Below, piece by piece: positions 9,769-19,396 of a stretch of DNA of 64,000 nucleotides (position 1 is the stretch's first letter; each line of letters starts with the position of its first letter). The stretch comes from an uncultured bacterium. Its GTDB lineage: Bacteria; UBP6; UBA1177. The notes under the pieces are model-generated. The model had not been told where the DNA came from. It saw only the letters and a program-made list of their open reading frames with translations, and did no database searches. Made by a program: the position numbers and the translations under genes. Location: assembly GCA_905233945.1 (NCBI GenBank), contig CAJOFY010000022.1:1490-65489 (forward strand), given 5' to 3'.

Positions 9769-10479
9769 CTACGATGAAATTAATCCCAACCAGTACTTCA
9801 TCTCCAAGTCACCGTTGCTTTTAAGCTCATAAACTACCAAATCGGAACTTGCACACAATACGCCGCAATACATAAACTTATAAACAAAAACAAGATTCGT
9901 TGCTGGATCCAAAACAGGAACGGAGAAAGAGATTTCTGTGTTTCCGCATTTTCCGCTTTTTTTAACCAATTGTCCGTCAATTTGTTTCACACACTCAGCA
10001 TCACTAATAAAACCATCTTTTTCGCAGGAAGATTTTTCCAATCCCCGGATATCCATAGACTCAATGTTTTCTGCGAAAAACCGTTTGGTAACCTCTTCAG
10101 TTCGACCGTTCTTGCTTATTTCAGGTATAGACCCTATACACTGTTTCACATACTCGATAATAGAAAAACCTTCCTCTTCCTCATCTTCTTCCGGAGAATC
10201 TGTTTCACTGCTTTTATTTGTCATTTCCTGCCGTATCTCATCTCGGAAAGATTCTGTCTTAATTTTTACCATCGGGCATTTATCAGTATAATATTTACTG
10301 GTCATATCACGGATGATTTTCAGCAGAAGTTCTTGTTTTTTCTCTTCATCTTCTTTTGTTCTTCCGATTTCGCTGCTCTTTTTGATCACTTTTTCAGGAG
10401 TTTCATCGTTCCTTACAGTGCAGGAAACCAAAAACGACATTAAAATTATTGAAATTATTAGGTTTTTAAAAAAACTCAT
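9769..10479 (-). CDS. Hypothetical lipoprotein
   Basis: Lipobox LVSC; C-terminal FSVPVLD...YCGVLCAS motif. Confidence 0.65.
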   Translation of the reverse strand: MSFFKNLIISIILMSFLVSCTVRNDETPEKVIKKSSEIGRTKEDEEKKQELLLKIIRDMTSKYYTDKCPMVKIKTESFRDEIRQEMTNKSSETDSPEEDEEEEGFSIIEYVKQCIGSIPEISKNGRTEEVTKRFFAENIESMDIRGLEKSSCEKDGFISDAECVKQIDGQLVKKSGKCGNTEISFSVPVLDPATNLVFVYKFMYCGVLCASSDLVVYELKSNGDLEMKYWLGLISS

Positions 10480-11153
10480 ATCATATTTTCCGTATTCACA
10501 ACTTTCTCAATCTCTTTTATTGCATTGCTCAGGTTAATAACTTCAAAAATAAGAAAAGCGATAGTCATTCCAAGAAAAAGAAAGCCTCTTAAAACAGAAT
10601 TTATAACAACAATCAGTGCCCACGGGACAATAAACATAGGCCAGCTTCTTAAAAAAAAGTTTTTCTGATAATGCTTGAATTTGAACTTTGTCGCATCAAA
10701 ATCAGGATAAAATGAAAGTTTTTTCAGATTTTCTATCACAATCATCTGTTTTTTCGTGCGCCATCTTCTGAAAACATCATTCACAATCAGCAAAACAACA
10801 TAAATAAACACAATCACTTGCCAGTGTTCTTTAAAAATATAGAGCATAAACGCCGATTGAATGAAGAGATACCAGTTTCTGTCAAAAAAAGACTCCGGAT
10901 AGAAAGAAAAAAAGCGGGAGAGTTTAAATTCCGAAAATAACAGATCAATCATCGCTGCCAGAAAAACAAAATACGGAAGCATTTCATAGTAATTCGCCAC
11001 AATCCTAAACAGGACAAGTTGATAGCCGTCGATATAATTTTTGCCTATTACTTCCACAAGAAAAAATATGCATATCGAACACATAAACCAGCCGAAACGA
11101 TTCAAGGCATTCATAACAAACTTTATTCTCTCTTTCAAGCACAAAAAACTCAA
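10476..11153 (-). CDS. Hypothetical integral membrane protein
   Basis: Several hydrophobic segments; ATGA overlap with downstream gene; start uncertain. Confidence 0.55.
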   Translation of the reverse strand: MSFLCLKERIKFVMNALNRFGWFMCSICIFFLVEVIGKNYIDGYQLVLFRIVANYYEMLPYFVFLAAMIDLLFSEFKLSRFFSFYPESFFDRNWYLFIQSAFMLYIFKEHWQVIVFIYVVLLIVNDVFRRWRTKKQMIVIENLKKLSFYPDFDATKFKFKHYQKNFFLRSWPMFIVPWALIVVINSVLRGFLFLGMTIAFLIFEVINLSNAIKEIEKVVNTENMI

Positions 11154-11188
11154 TTATTGTAGGGATTTCGGCTTAAATGGCAAGGAAA

Positions 11189-11301
11189 GCGGATTTTTGC
11201 GCCGCATCAGCACAAATTTTGCGGATTTCCGCAGATTTGAACAAAAAAATTTTGCGGATTTCCGCGGATTTGATCAAAAAAATTTTGCGATTTTCCGCAA
11301 A
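11189..11301. repeat. Tandem 33-bp repeat with palindromic core TTTGCGGATTTCCGC(A/G)
   Basis: GCG(G/A) cores at 11189, 11221, 11254, 11287. Confidence 0.85.
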
Positions 11302-11349
11302 CATGTTATAAGATGCTGTTTTTGTTAGAAATTTAAAAACGAGGTTTTC

Positions 11350-12675
11350 ATGATTTTTAAAAGGAAACTTTACGACAAAATGCTCAGGTGGAAAGAGGAA
11401 CGGAAAGGCACTTCCGCACTGTTGCTGAAAGGGGCAAGACGTGTCGGAAAATCCACGCTTGTCGAGCAGTTCGCAAAAAATGAGTATAAATCCTATATTC
11501 TTATTGATTTCGCTCATGTTCCCAAAAAAATCAATGCACTCTTTGACGATATGAGTGATCTGAATTTCTTCTTTATGCACCTTCAGATTGAAACCGGCAT
11601 CACTCTCTACGAACGCGACTCTGCAATCATTTTCGACGAGGTGCAGCTTCAGCCGCTGGCACGGCAGGCGATAAAATATCTGGTAAAAGACGGCAGATAC
11701 GACTACATCGAAACGGGCTCGCTGCTCTCGATCAAAAAGAATGTTCGTGACATCGTAATTCCTTCTGAAGAAACCAGAATGACACTTTATCCTATGGATT
11801 TTGAGGAATTTTACCGGGCTTTAGGGAACGAGAGCACTTTTGAAATTCTACGAAAGTTCTGGGATATGAAGAAACCGCTCGAAAGTTCACACCGCAAACT
11901 GATGCGCGATCTGCGCCTTTATATGCTTGTCGGAGGTATGCCGCAGGCTGTTGACACATACCTTCAAACCAACAATTTGCAGGCTGTGGATGAAAAAAAA
12001 CGCGAAATAATCGAACTTTACAAGGATGATTTCAACAAAATAGACGGAAGCGGCAGGGCTTCGCAGCTTTTCGATGCAATTCCTTCACAGCTGACAGGCA
12101 ATGCCGGACGCTATCAGATTTCAAGCGTGCTGCCGAATCAGGATGCCATGCGTGTCGCAGAAATTGTGGCTGACATGGCTGACAGCATGACAGTTTCTCT
12201 GGCATATCATGTCAACGACCCTGTCATTGGAATGCCGATGACAAAAAACATCTACCGTTACAAAATGTTTGTCGCGGACACCGGGCTTTTTGTGACCCTT
12301 GCCTTCCGTGACAAGTCTTTTACCGAAAACACGATTTACAGCAGACTGCTAAGCGATAAACTTGAAGCTAATTTAGGCTATATCTATGAAAATTTAGTCG
12401 CTCAGATGCTGCGAAGCGGCGGAAACGAGCTTTTTTACTACACTTTCCCGACCGAGAGCAACCACAATTACGAAATAGATTTTCTGCTTTCCAGAGGCAA
12501 TAAGCTCTGTCCGATAGAAGTCAAGTCATCAGGATACAAAACACACAAATCACTTGATGCTTTCTGCGAAAAGTTTTCGTCGCGTGTCGGTGAAAGATAC
12601 CTGATTTACACAAAAGATTTCCACAAAGATGGCGAAACTACCTGCCTTCCGGCATATATGACACCATTTTTATAG
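11350..12675 (+). CDS. AAA_14 family ATPase with DUF4143 (PD-(D/E)xK) domain
   Basis: GARRVGKS Walker A, IIFDEVQ Walker B, ETGSLL, VGGMP, DTGL, YEIDFLL...PIEVKS. Confidence 0.9.
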   Translation: MIFKRKLYDKMLRWKEERKGTSALLLKGARRVGKSTLVEQFAKNEYKSYILIDFAHVPKKINALFDDMSDLNFFFMHLQIETGITLYERDSAIIFDEVQLQPLARQAIKYLVKDGRYDYIETGSLLSIKKNVRDIVIPSEETRMTLYPMDFEEFYRALGNESTFEILRKFWDMKKPLESSHRKLMRDLRLYMLVGGMPQAVDTYLQTNNLQAVDEKKREIIELYKDDFNKIDGSGRASQLFDAIPSQLTGNAGRYQISSVLPNQDAMRVAEIVADMADSMTVSLAYHVNDPVIGMPMTKNIYRYKMFVADTGLFVTLAFRDKSFTENTIYSRLLSDKLEANLGYIYENLVAQMLRSGGNELFYYTFPTESNHNYEIDFLLSRGNKLCPIEVKSSGYKTHKSLDAFCEKFSSRVGERYLIYTKDFHKDGETTCLPAYMTPFL

Positions 12676-12680
12676 TCTCT

Positions 12681-12716
12681 TTCAGTTCCCGTCAGTCAAA
12701 TCAATTATTTGCGGTC
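12681..12716. repeat. 36-bp direct repeat, copy 2 (RPQIIDLTDGN*)
   Basis: ttcagttcccgtcagtcaaatcaattatttgcggtc. Confidence 0.85.
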
Positions 12717-12792
12717 GAAATGGCAAGAAAACTTTATCAACTCCATCCATACAAATTCGGAGTTTTCATATGACTTTTGCAAGTGCTTCGGT

Positions 12793-13370
12793 TTATATCG
12801 CTTCAAGCAGGAAGTAGTGGATTTCCCAGCAGTCGGCGATCTGTTTTTTTTCCCACTTGGTTTTTATGGGTCTGTCGTCGCCGCCGTAAGGAAGACGCTT
12901 GAAAAACGCGCCGGTGAGTGCGATTTCTTTTTCCATAAATTCGGCGTATTCGGGATGGTCGGTCGCGATAAAGAGTTTTCCCCCTTTTTTGAGGCGGTTC
13001 CTGAGCATGATGAGGTTTTCGAAGCGGACCGTCCTGAATTTGTGGTGTTTTTTCTTGGGCCACGGATCGGGAAAGTAGATATGGATCGCGTCAAGCGATG
13101 CGAACGGGACAAGTTCGCGCATCACGGCGATCGCTTCGAAACAGACGATGCGGACGTTATCCTGATTGAGTCTTCTTTTCAGATTCTTTTCTCCGCGCAG
13201 AAAGAATTTGCGGCTGTATTCAATTCCTAAAAAGCCGGTATCGGGCTTTGAATTTGCGTATTCGCTTAAAAAGTGACCGCTGCAGAAACCGATTTCAGCT
13301 TCAACACGCTCTTTGCCGAAAAGTTCAAGGCAAACTTCTCAAGCGGAATCTCTATTTCGGAGCTAATCAT
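12793..13370 (-). pseudogene. trmB: tRNA (guanine-N7)-methyltransferase with an apparent frameshift near 13325-13345 (may be a sequencing error)
   Basis: Second frame reads EAEIGFCSGHFL...FLGIEY...IHIYFPDPWPKKKHHK...IATDHPEY...KTKWEKK; the ATG at 13370 is in a different frame. Confidence 0.75.
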
Positions 13371-13887
13371 TTTTGTCGCTCTCTTCGTAGATTTCGATGT
13401 CGGGAAGGTTTCTGTATTTCTGATCAAGATCAAGTCCGTAGCCGACAATGAATTCGTTTCTTATGTCAAAACCGAGGTAATCGACCTTGACTCTGCCTTT
13501 ATTCACCTCTTTTTTCTCAAAAAGAGAGCAGATCTTCACCGATTCAGGATGAACTTTTTCAAGTTCCTTGAGGAAAAACGAAAGAGTCGTTCCAGTATCG
13601 ACGATGTCTTCAACGATGAGCAGGTTTCTTCCTTCGAAACGTTTGAGCTCGCCCTGATCCATCGAGACGCTCCCGGTGCTTTTCGTCCCGTGATAGCTTG
13701 AAAGCCTGATGCAGTCGAGCTCGACGCGGTGAGACTTTATCTCTCTGAAAAGATCGGCACCGAAAAGAGTGCTCCCTTTCAGAATGATGAGAAATGTAAA
13801 ATCCTTTCCTGCATAATCTTCGGTAATCTGTTTTCCGAGTTCCTGGACTCTTTTCTTGAGTTCTTCCGCACTGATAAGCGTTCTCAT
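13363..13887 (-). CDS. hpt: Hypoxanthine phosphoribosyltransferase
   Basis: ILKGS, LSSY, LLIVEDIVDTGTTL, FIVGYGLD, YRNLP. Confidence 0.95.
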   Translation of the reverse strand: MRTLISAEELKKRVQELGKQITEDYAGKDFTFLIILKGSTLFGADLFREIKSHRVELDCIRLSSYHGTKSTGSVSMDQGELKRFEGRNLLIVEDIVDTGTTLSFFLKELEKVHPESVKICSLFEKKEVNKGRVKVDYLGFDIRNEFIVGYGLDLDQKYRNLPDIEIYEESDKND

Positions 13888-15044
13888 ATCAAACCCCGAT
13901 AGTAAATGAATATTATAATTGCGGCTGCTATTGCAAGAAGCAGTACAAAAAGTACGATTTTGCCCGATTTTTTCGGAGCAGGTTCCTCAAAAGAAATTTC
14001 TTCTGCCGGTTCAGTCTTTTCCTTGGTTTTGTCTATGTTTTTTTCTGTATTTTCAACAGTTTCGATGCTGTTTTCCGGTGATTTTTTTTCATTTGTGTTT
14101 TTTAAAGTTACTACGGAAAGATTGAAAAGCTGTTTCAGATAAGCCGCTGTTTTCTTTCTGTCCCCGCCGCATGAATCAATTATTTCACTTATTCTGTTTC
14201 CCGATTCGGAAATATTTCTGATGACAGCATCAATATCGTCTGGCAGTTTGTTCAGATTTTCTACAAATTCGTTGAAATCAAGGTGTATCATCGTGTCTGC
14301 CGGCGGCAGCGAGCGCAGCAGAGCCGAATATTCCTTAAACCATTCCACCGCTCTTTCAATTATTTTCTTCTGCGGCAGACAAATATTCCTCTCGACCTCT
14401 ATATCACCGTAATTCACCGAAAAAGTTCCGTCAGACCATGAAAGAATCTTGTAGAGTTCCTCCATTCCGTCCTTGTTGTCGCCATCATTAGTCTCTGCGC
14501 GGACGACATTTCCTTCATCGCAGAAAATCGCCCCTTTTTTATCTGATGAAGAAGAAAATTCGACCTCTCCCGATGACTTGTTTTCAAGAAGAATACTCAG
14601 AATATTCAGCACTGAAATATCGGAAATATCACCTTCAGGCATGGTTTCAGCAGCTTCCGAGCCACTTTTAAGCTCGTATTCGCCAAGAATTTCCTTAATG
14701 TTTTTCAACAAATCGTTAATAAAAAGAGGTTTGGCAAAAACAGCTACTGCTCCCATGTCGAGAGCCAGGATCTTGTTTTCGACATCGCGCGACGACGAAA
14801 GAAAAACGAACGGGATATGCATCGTTCCGGGGTTCATTTTGACCCTTTTCATAAAGTCGATACCACTCATTTTCGGCAGGATCATCTCTGAAACAATGAG
14901 ATCAGGCTTGAAATCCGGAATAATTCTGAGTGCATCGGCTGAAGTCCCGGCAGACTCTGCCTCAAAACCATCCTGTTTCAGCTTCAAAGTAAGAATTGAA
15001 GCGACTTGTTCATCCGAATCGACAACGAGAATCCTTTTCACCAA
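13884..15044 (-). CDS. Response regulator with DUF4388 domain and C-terminal membrane anchor
   Basis: Receiver-like N-terminus (ILVVDSD, PDLIVSE, MSG, FAKP); GDISDISV...W.DGTF DUF4388 pattern; C-terminal TM helix. Confidence 0.75.
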   Translation of the reverse strand: MVKRILVVDSDEQVASILTLKLKQDGFEAESAGTSADALRIIPDFKPDLIVSEMILPKMSGIDFMKRVKMNPGTMHIPFVFLSSSRDVENKILALDMGAVAVFAKPLFINDLLKNIKEILGEYELKSGSEAAETMPEGDISDISVLNILSILLENKSSGEVEFSSSSDKKGAIFCDEGNVVRAETNDGDNKDGMEELYKILSWSDGTFSVNYGDIEVERNICLPQKKIIERAVEWFKEYSALLRSLPPADTMIHLDFNEFVENLNKLPDDIDAVIRNISESGNRISEIIDSCGGDRKKTAAYLKQLFNLSVVTLKNTNEKKSPENSIETVENTEKNIDKTKEKTEPAEEISFEEPAPKKSGKIVLFVLLLAIAAAIIIFIYYRGLI

Positions 15045-15173
15045 TGCCCCCGGGAAGCAAAAATCCGTACTATTTTAATTGTAGAAAACACTTTGTCAAA
15101 AGAAGTGAAAATATTGCCTCAAAACACAAAAAATGTAAGATTCCGCGTTTTTTTGATTTTTAAGGAGCGGAAA

Positions 15174-16889
15174 ATGGAACTTTTGAGAATCAGGCTCGAA
15201 AAACTTTTAAAAGAAGCTGTAAAAACAATAGAACCAGACTTTGAAGACTGGGGACGGCTCGTTCTTCAGCCTGCGACCGATGAAAAATTCGGCGATTACC
15301 AGACTAATTTCGCGATGACGGCTTCAAAAATATTCAGGCAACCGCCTAAAATAATTGCAGAAAGCATAATTACGGCAATTCCTGCGAACGATATTCTGGA
15401 AAAAGCTGAAGTTGCCGGGCCGGGTTTCATAAACTTCTTTCTGAAAAACAGTTTTGTCGCAGAAACGGTCAGAAAAACATTCAGTGAAAAGTGGGATTTT
15501 TCGCACATAAATACCGAAGGAACTGTTGTTATCGACTACTCTTCGCCCAATATCGCAAAACCGATGCACGTCGGACACCTGCGTACAACAATTATCGGCG
15601 ATAGCATAAAAAGAATAATGAAATTCATTGGTTACAATGTAATTGCCGACAACCATTTAGGCGACTGGGGAACTCAGTTCGGAAAACTTATCGTGGCTTA
15701 CAACAGATGGCTTGATAAAGAAAATTTCGAAAAAGATCCGATCTCGGAACTTGAAAGGCTCTACATAAAATTCGGTGACGAAGCCGAAAAAGACCCTGAC
15801 CTTGACGAACTTGCGAGAGCGGAACTCAAAAAAGTTCAGGACGGCGACGAGGCAAATCTCGCTCTCTGGAAAAAATTTGTCGAGATAACGCTTAGTGAAT
15901 GCAAAAAGATTTACGAATATTTGGGAATAAAATTCGATACTTACTATGGAGAATCGTTCTATCACAAACTTATGCCCAAAGTCATTGACGAGCTTGTCGA
16001 AAAAGGGCTTGCAGTTGAAAGCGAAGGGGCTTTAGTCGTATTTTTTGACGAGAAAGAAAACCTCCATCCATGCATCGTAAGGAAGAAAGACGGCGCGTTT
16101 TTATATGCCACGAGCGATCTCGCCACGATAAAATTCAAATACGAAAACTACAAAATGAACAAGGCGCTCTATGTTACCGACGATCGGCAGGCGGTTCATT
16201 TCAAGCAGATATTCAACATCGCAGAGCGCGCCGGCTGGAAAATGGAATTCGTCCACATCCCGTTCGGAGTCCTCTCCTTCAACGGTGAGATCCTGAAGAC
16301 ACGCGCCGGAAACACGATAAAACTTGCAGACCTTTTCAAAGAGGCTGAAAGCAAGGGTGAGAGCGTCGTTGAAGAGAAAAATCCCGAACTTCCCGAAGAC
16401 GAAAAGAAAAAAATCGCCAAGGCTGTCGGCATCGGAGCTCTCAAATACTCCGACCTTTCCCAGAACAGAACGAGCAACATCGACTTTTCGTGGGAAAAAG
16501 CACTCAGTTTCGACGGTAACACCGCGCCATATCTTCAGTACTCTTACGCAAGGGTCCAGTCGATCAAGCGCAAAGCCGCGGAAAAGGGTATAACTCTTGA
16601 TTTTAATTCGGAAATCAAAATTGAAAGCGATATCGAAAGAAGTATCGCGGCAAGTATCGCGAAATTCCCGGAATGTGTCGAAAAAGCGGCGGAACTCTAC
16701 AAACCCAACTTCATCGCCGATCACATTTTTGATCTGGTTCAGAAATTCGGCACTTTCTACAACTCGACTCCGATCCTCAAAGCGGAACCTGAACAAATGC
16801 AGTCGCGCATTCTTCTTGCCGAAGCAGTTGCACAGACTGTCAGAACCGGCTTGGATCTGCTTGGAATTGAAACGCCGGAGAAAATGTAG
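15174..16889 (+). CDS. argS: Arginine--tRNA ligase
   Basis: FGDYQTN, DYSSPNIAKPMHVGHLR, NHLGDWGTQFG, GNTAPYLQY; RBS AAGGAG before ATG 15174. Confidence 0.97.
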   Translation: MELLRIRLEKLLKEAVKTIEPDFEDWGRLVLQPATDEKFGDYQTNFAMTASKIFRQPPKIIAESIITAIPANDILEKAEVAGPGFINFFLKNSFVAETVRKTFSEKWDFSHINTEGTVVIDYSSPNIAKPMHVGHLRTTIIGDSIKRIMKFIGYNVIADNHLGDWGTQFGKLIVAYNRWLDKENFEKDPISELERLYIKFGDEAEKDPDLDELARAELKKVQDGDEANLALWKKFVEITLSECKKIYEYLGIKFDTYYGESFYHKLMPKVIDELVEKGLAVESEGALVVFFDEKENLHPCIVRKKDGAFLYATSDLATIKFKYENYKMNKALYVTDDRQAVHFKQIFNIAERAGWKMEFVHIPFGVLSFNGEILKTRAGNTIKLADLFKEAESKGESVVEEKNPELPEDEKKKIAKAVGIGALKYSDLSQNRTSNIDFSWEKALSFDGNTAPYLQYSYARVQSIKRKAAEKGITLDFNSEIKIESDIERSIAASIAKFPECVEKAAELYKPNFIADHIFDLVQKFGTFYNSTPILKAEPEQMQSRILLAEAVAQTVRTGLDLLGIETPEKM

Positions 16890-16890
16890 T

Positions 16891-16926
16891 AATTTCAGCA
16901 ATTTGCACATGCAAATCGCTGAAATT
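16891..16926 (+). terminator. Hairpin after argS
   Basis: aatttcagc-a-atttgca...tgcaaat-c-gctgaaatt inverted repeat. Confidence 0.5.
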
Positions 16927-16937
16927 AAACAAAAAAC

Positions 16938-16965
16938 TTGATTTTTCAAAAAATATTCGTAGTAT
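16938..16965 (+). promoter_or_regulatory. Putative promoter of the tRNA cluster
   Basis: TTGATT-16 nt-TAGTAT followed by a GC-rich discriminator. Confidence 0.55.
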
Positions 16966-16977
16966 GCGTCCGCCTTT

Positions 16978-17056
<79 letters not shown>

Positions 17057-17088
17057 GCAGTTCTTTGGCTGCCGGATGCTTTGAGTGT

Positions 17089-17165
<77 letters not shown>

Positions 17166-17197
17166 TTTTTGATGTTCTTTTTAATTTGAAGATACGT

Positions 17198-17273
17198 GGT
17201 GGGTGTAGTTCAATGGTAGAGCACCGGATTGTGGATCCGGGCGTTGTGGGTTCGAGCCCCACCTCCCACCCCA
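17198..17273 (+). tRNA. tRNA-His(GTG)
   Basis: CCGGA-TTGTGGA-TCCGG; G-1; CCA. Confidence 0.95.
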
Positions 17274-17286
17274 TTACGCAGAATGT

Positions 17287-17362
17287 GGGCCCTTAGCTCA
17301 GCTGGTAGAGCAACTGACTCTTAATCAGTGGGTCGAAGGTTCGAATCCTTTAGGGCCTACCA
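17287..17362 (+). tRNA. tRNA-Lys(CTT)
   Basis: ACTGA-CTCTTAA-TCAGT; CCA. Confidence 0.95.
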
Positions 17363-17431
17363 TCTTTTTTCTACTTTGAACATCCTCACACAGTTTTTAA
17401 GACTTTTAAAAAAGGATAAAATTCTATCCTT

Positions 17432-17514
17432 GCGAAAGTGGCGGAATTGGCAGACGCACCAGACTTAGGATCTGGCGGGAAACCGTGGGGGTTCGAGTCC
17501 CCCCCTTCGCACCA
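17432..17514 (+). tRNA. tRNA-Leu(TAG)
   Basis: CCAGA-CTTAGGA-TCTGG; long variable arm; CCA. Confidence 0.95.
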
Positions 17515-17569
17515 AGTTGCTATTAAGACTGGGTTTTTAATATAAACAAGTTTTAAACGGAGAAAAAAC

Positions 17570-18871
17570 ATGGATTACAAAATCAATCATCTCAGCACAG
17601 TGGAAAAAGAGATCGAAGTCAGCTTTTCTGCTGAAGAGGTTCAGGCTCAGTTCAAACAGGAATACTCACAGCTTTCACACTCGGTAAACATCAAAGGTTT
17701 CAGGCCGGGCAAAGCTCCGCTCAACGTTCTGAAACAGTTCTACGGCAAAAACGTAAAAGCTGATGTAGAGCATCACTTCATTTCCGAAGGTATGCAGGAA
17801 GCAGTTCTCAAGGAAAAACTCAGACTTGCAACAAATCCCGAGATTTTTGACGAAACTGAACTTACCGAAACCGGCGCTTTCACTTTCAAACTCAAAGCTG
17901 AAGTTTTCCCCGAAATCGACATCGAACTCAAACCTTTCGAGCACGATTTCACTCCGATAAAATACGACGATACCATGCTTGAGAACGAACTTGAAGCAAT
18001 CAAGGCGAAGTTCATAGAATACAAAGAGAGCGAAGACGCGCTTTCGGCTGAAAAAGACAGACTCGTTATCTCCTTCGTCGGAAAAATCGACGGCAAAGAA
18101 GTCGAGAACACAGCTGGAAAAGACGTAACAGTCATTGTCGGTGATGGCAAATTCGTTCCCGATTTTGAGAAAGCGCTTTACGGCCACAAGAAAGGTGATT
18201 CCTTCACTGCCGACGTCAAATTCCCCGAAGATTACAGGTCAAAAGAACTTGCAGGAAAGACAGTTCAGTTCACAATTGACGTGACAAAAGTCGAAAAATG
18301 CGAGAACGCTCCTGAACTTACCGACGAATTCCTTGCAGGAAAAGAAGGTTATCCGGACACTGTTGCAGAACTGAAAGAGCAGATTAAGAAAAATATTGAG
18401 AACTATCTTAACGACATTTCGATGCAGGGCAAAAAGAGCATCGCTATCGAAACTTACGTCAAAGAATACGAGTTCGAAGTTCCGCCGTCATTCATGCTGA
18501 ACGAGAAAAACGCAAGAATCGATGACTACAAAAGAGAGTTTAAGGCTGAAGAAGTTCCTGCTGAAGAGCTTGCAAAGATCGAAGACGACGCAAAATTTGC
18601 AATCAAGAGATACATCATCCTCAACACTCTCGCCGACAAACTTGACATCACCGTAACCGATAAAGATGTTGACATAGCATTTGCACAGGAAGCTATGCAG
18701 TACGGCCTTCCGGCTGAATTTGCGAACAAACTCCGCGAATATGCGGGCGAAGAGAGAATCAATGCAAAGAAATATGAAATAAAAGAGCAGAAAGTTCTCG
18801 ACAAAATGGTTGAAAAGATGATTTTCACCGAAAAAGCTCCTGAAAAAGCTGACGATAAGAAAGCTGAATAA
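17570..18871 (+). CDS. tig: Trigger factor
   Basis: GFRPGKAP ribosome-binding motif; FKBP domain (FVPDFE, FPEDY, LAGK); follows tRNA-Leu. Confidence 0.95.
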   Translation: MDYKINHLSTVEKEIEVSFSAEEVQAQFKQEYSQLSHSVNIKGFRPGKAPLNVLKQFYGKNVKADVEHHFISEGMQEAVLKEKLRLATNPEIFDETELTETGAFTFKLKAEVFPEIDIELKPFEHDFTPIKYDDTMLENELEAIKAKFIEYKESEDALSAEKDRLVISFVGKIDGKEVENTAGKDVTVIVGDGKFVPDFEKALYGHKKGDSFTADVKFPEDYRSKELAGKTVQFTIDVTKVEKCENAPELTDEFLAGKEGYPDTVAELKEQIKKNIENYLNDISMQGKKSIAIETYVKEYEFEVPPSFMLNEKNARIDDYKREFKAEEVPAEELAKIEDDAKFAIKRYIILNTLADKLDITVTDKDVDIAFAQEAMQYGLPAEFANKLREYAGEERINAKKYEIKEQKVLDKMVEKMIFTEKAPEKADDKKAE

Positions 18872-18880
18872 TCCAATTAT

Positions 18881-19387
18881 ATGAAAAAAATCCCCTTTCT
18901 ATTTCTTTTAATTCCTTTGTTTCTCTGCGTCTCGTGCTTTGACGAATGGTCTGATGCCGCGCCCGATCCAATGACCTGGGATGAAGCGGTGAAATACTGC
19001 GAAGAGCTTGAGAACAAAGGCTACGACGACTGGTATCTGCCGACAATAGACGAGCTCAGGAGTCGGATCACAAACTGTCCGGCGACCGAGCCGGGCGGCT
19101 CCTGCCCTGTTTCAAGGGTCAACCAGCATCTTACATGGGACGACCTAAAAGAAGAGTTCGGCTGCGGAGGCTGCGATGACGGCGAAAATCACAGCCCTGA
19201 CGGCAAAGATTCAGGCTGGTACTGGTCATCCTCGACACGTTCGAAACACGCAATCGTCGCATTCCGCGTAAATTTCGACACAGGTGCAGTCGGCAACTAC
19301 AACAAAGACCACAAATTCAATGTCCGCTGTTTCAGAGACAACTCCCATGATCTGGATTGGGGTTGGGACGACAACGACGACGAGTAA
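18881..19387 (+). CDS. DUF1566 (Lcl C-terminal) domain lipoprotein
   Basis: Lipobox CVSC; MTWDEAVKYC, DWYLPTIDELRS, YWSSS, VRCFR. Confidence 0.85.
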   Translation: MKKIPFLFLLIPLFLCVSCFDEWSDAAPDPMTWDEAVKYCEELENKGYDDWYLPTIDELRSRITNCPATEPGGSCPVSRVNQHLTWDDLKEEFGCGGCDDGENHSPDGKDSGWYWSSSTRSKHAIVAFRVNFDTGAVGNYNKDHKFNVRCFRDNSHDLDWGWDDNDDE

Positions 19388-19396
19388 ATCTAAGAA

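Noticed and set aside
11189-11301. Possible mini CRISPR array
   Set aside because: Segments between palindromes are short and near-identical, not unique spacers; no cas genes in the window.
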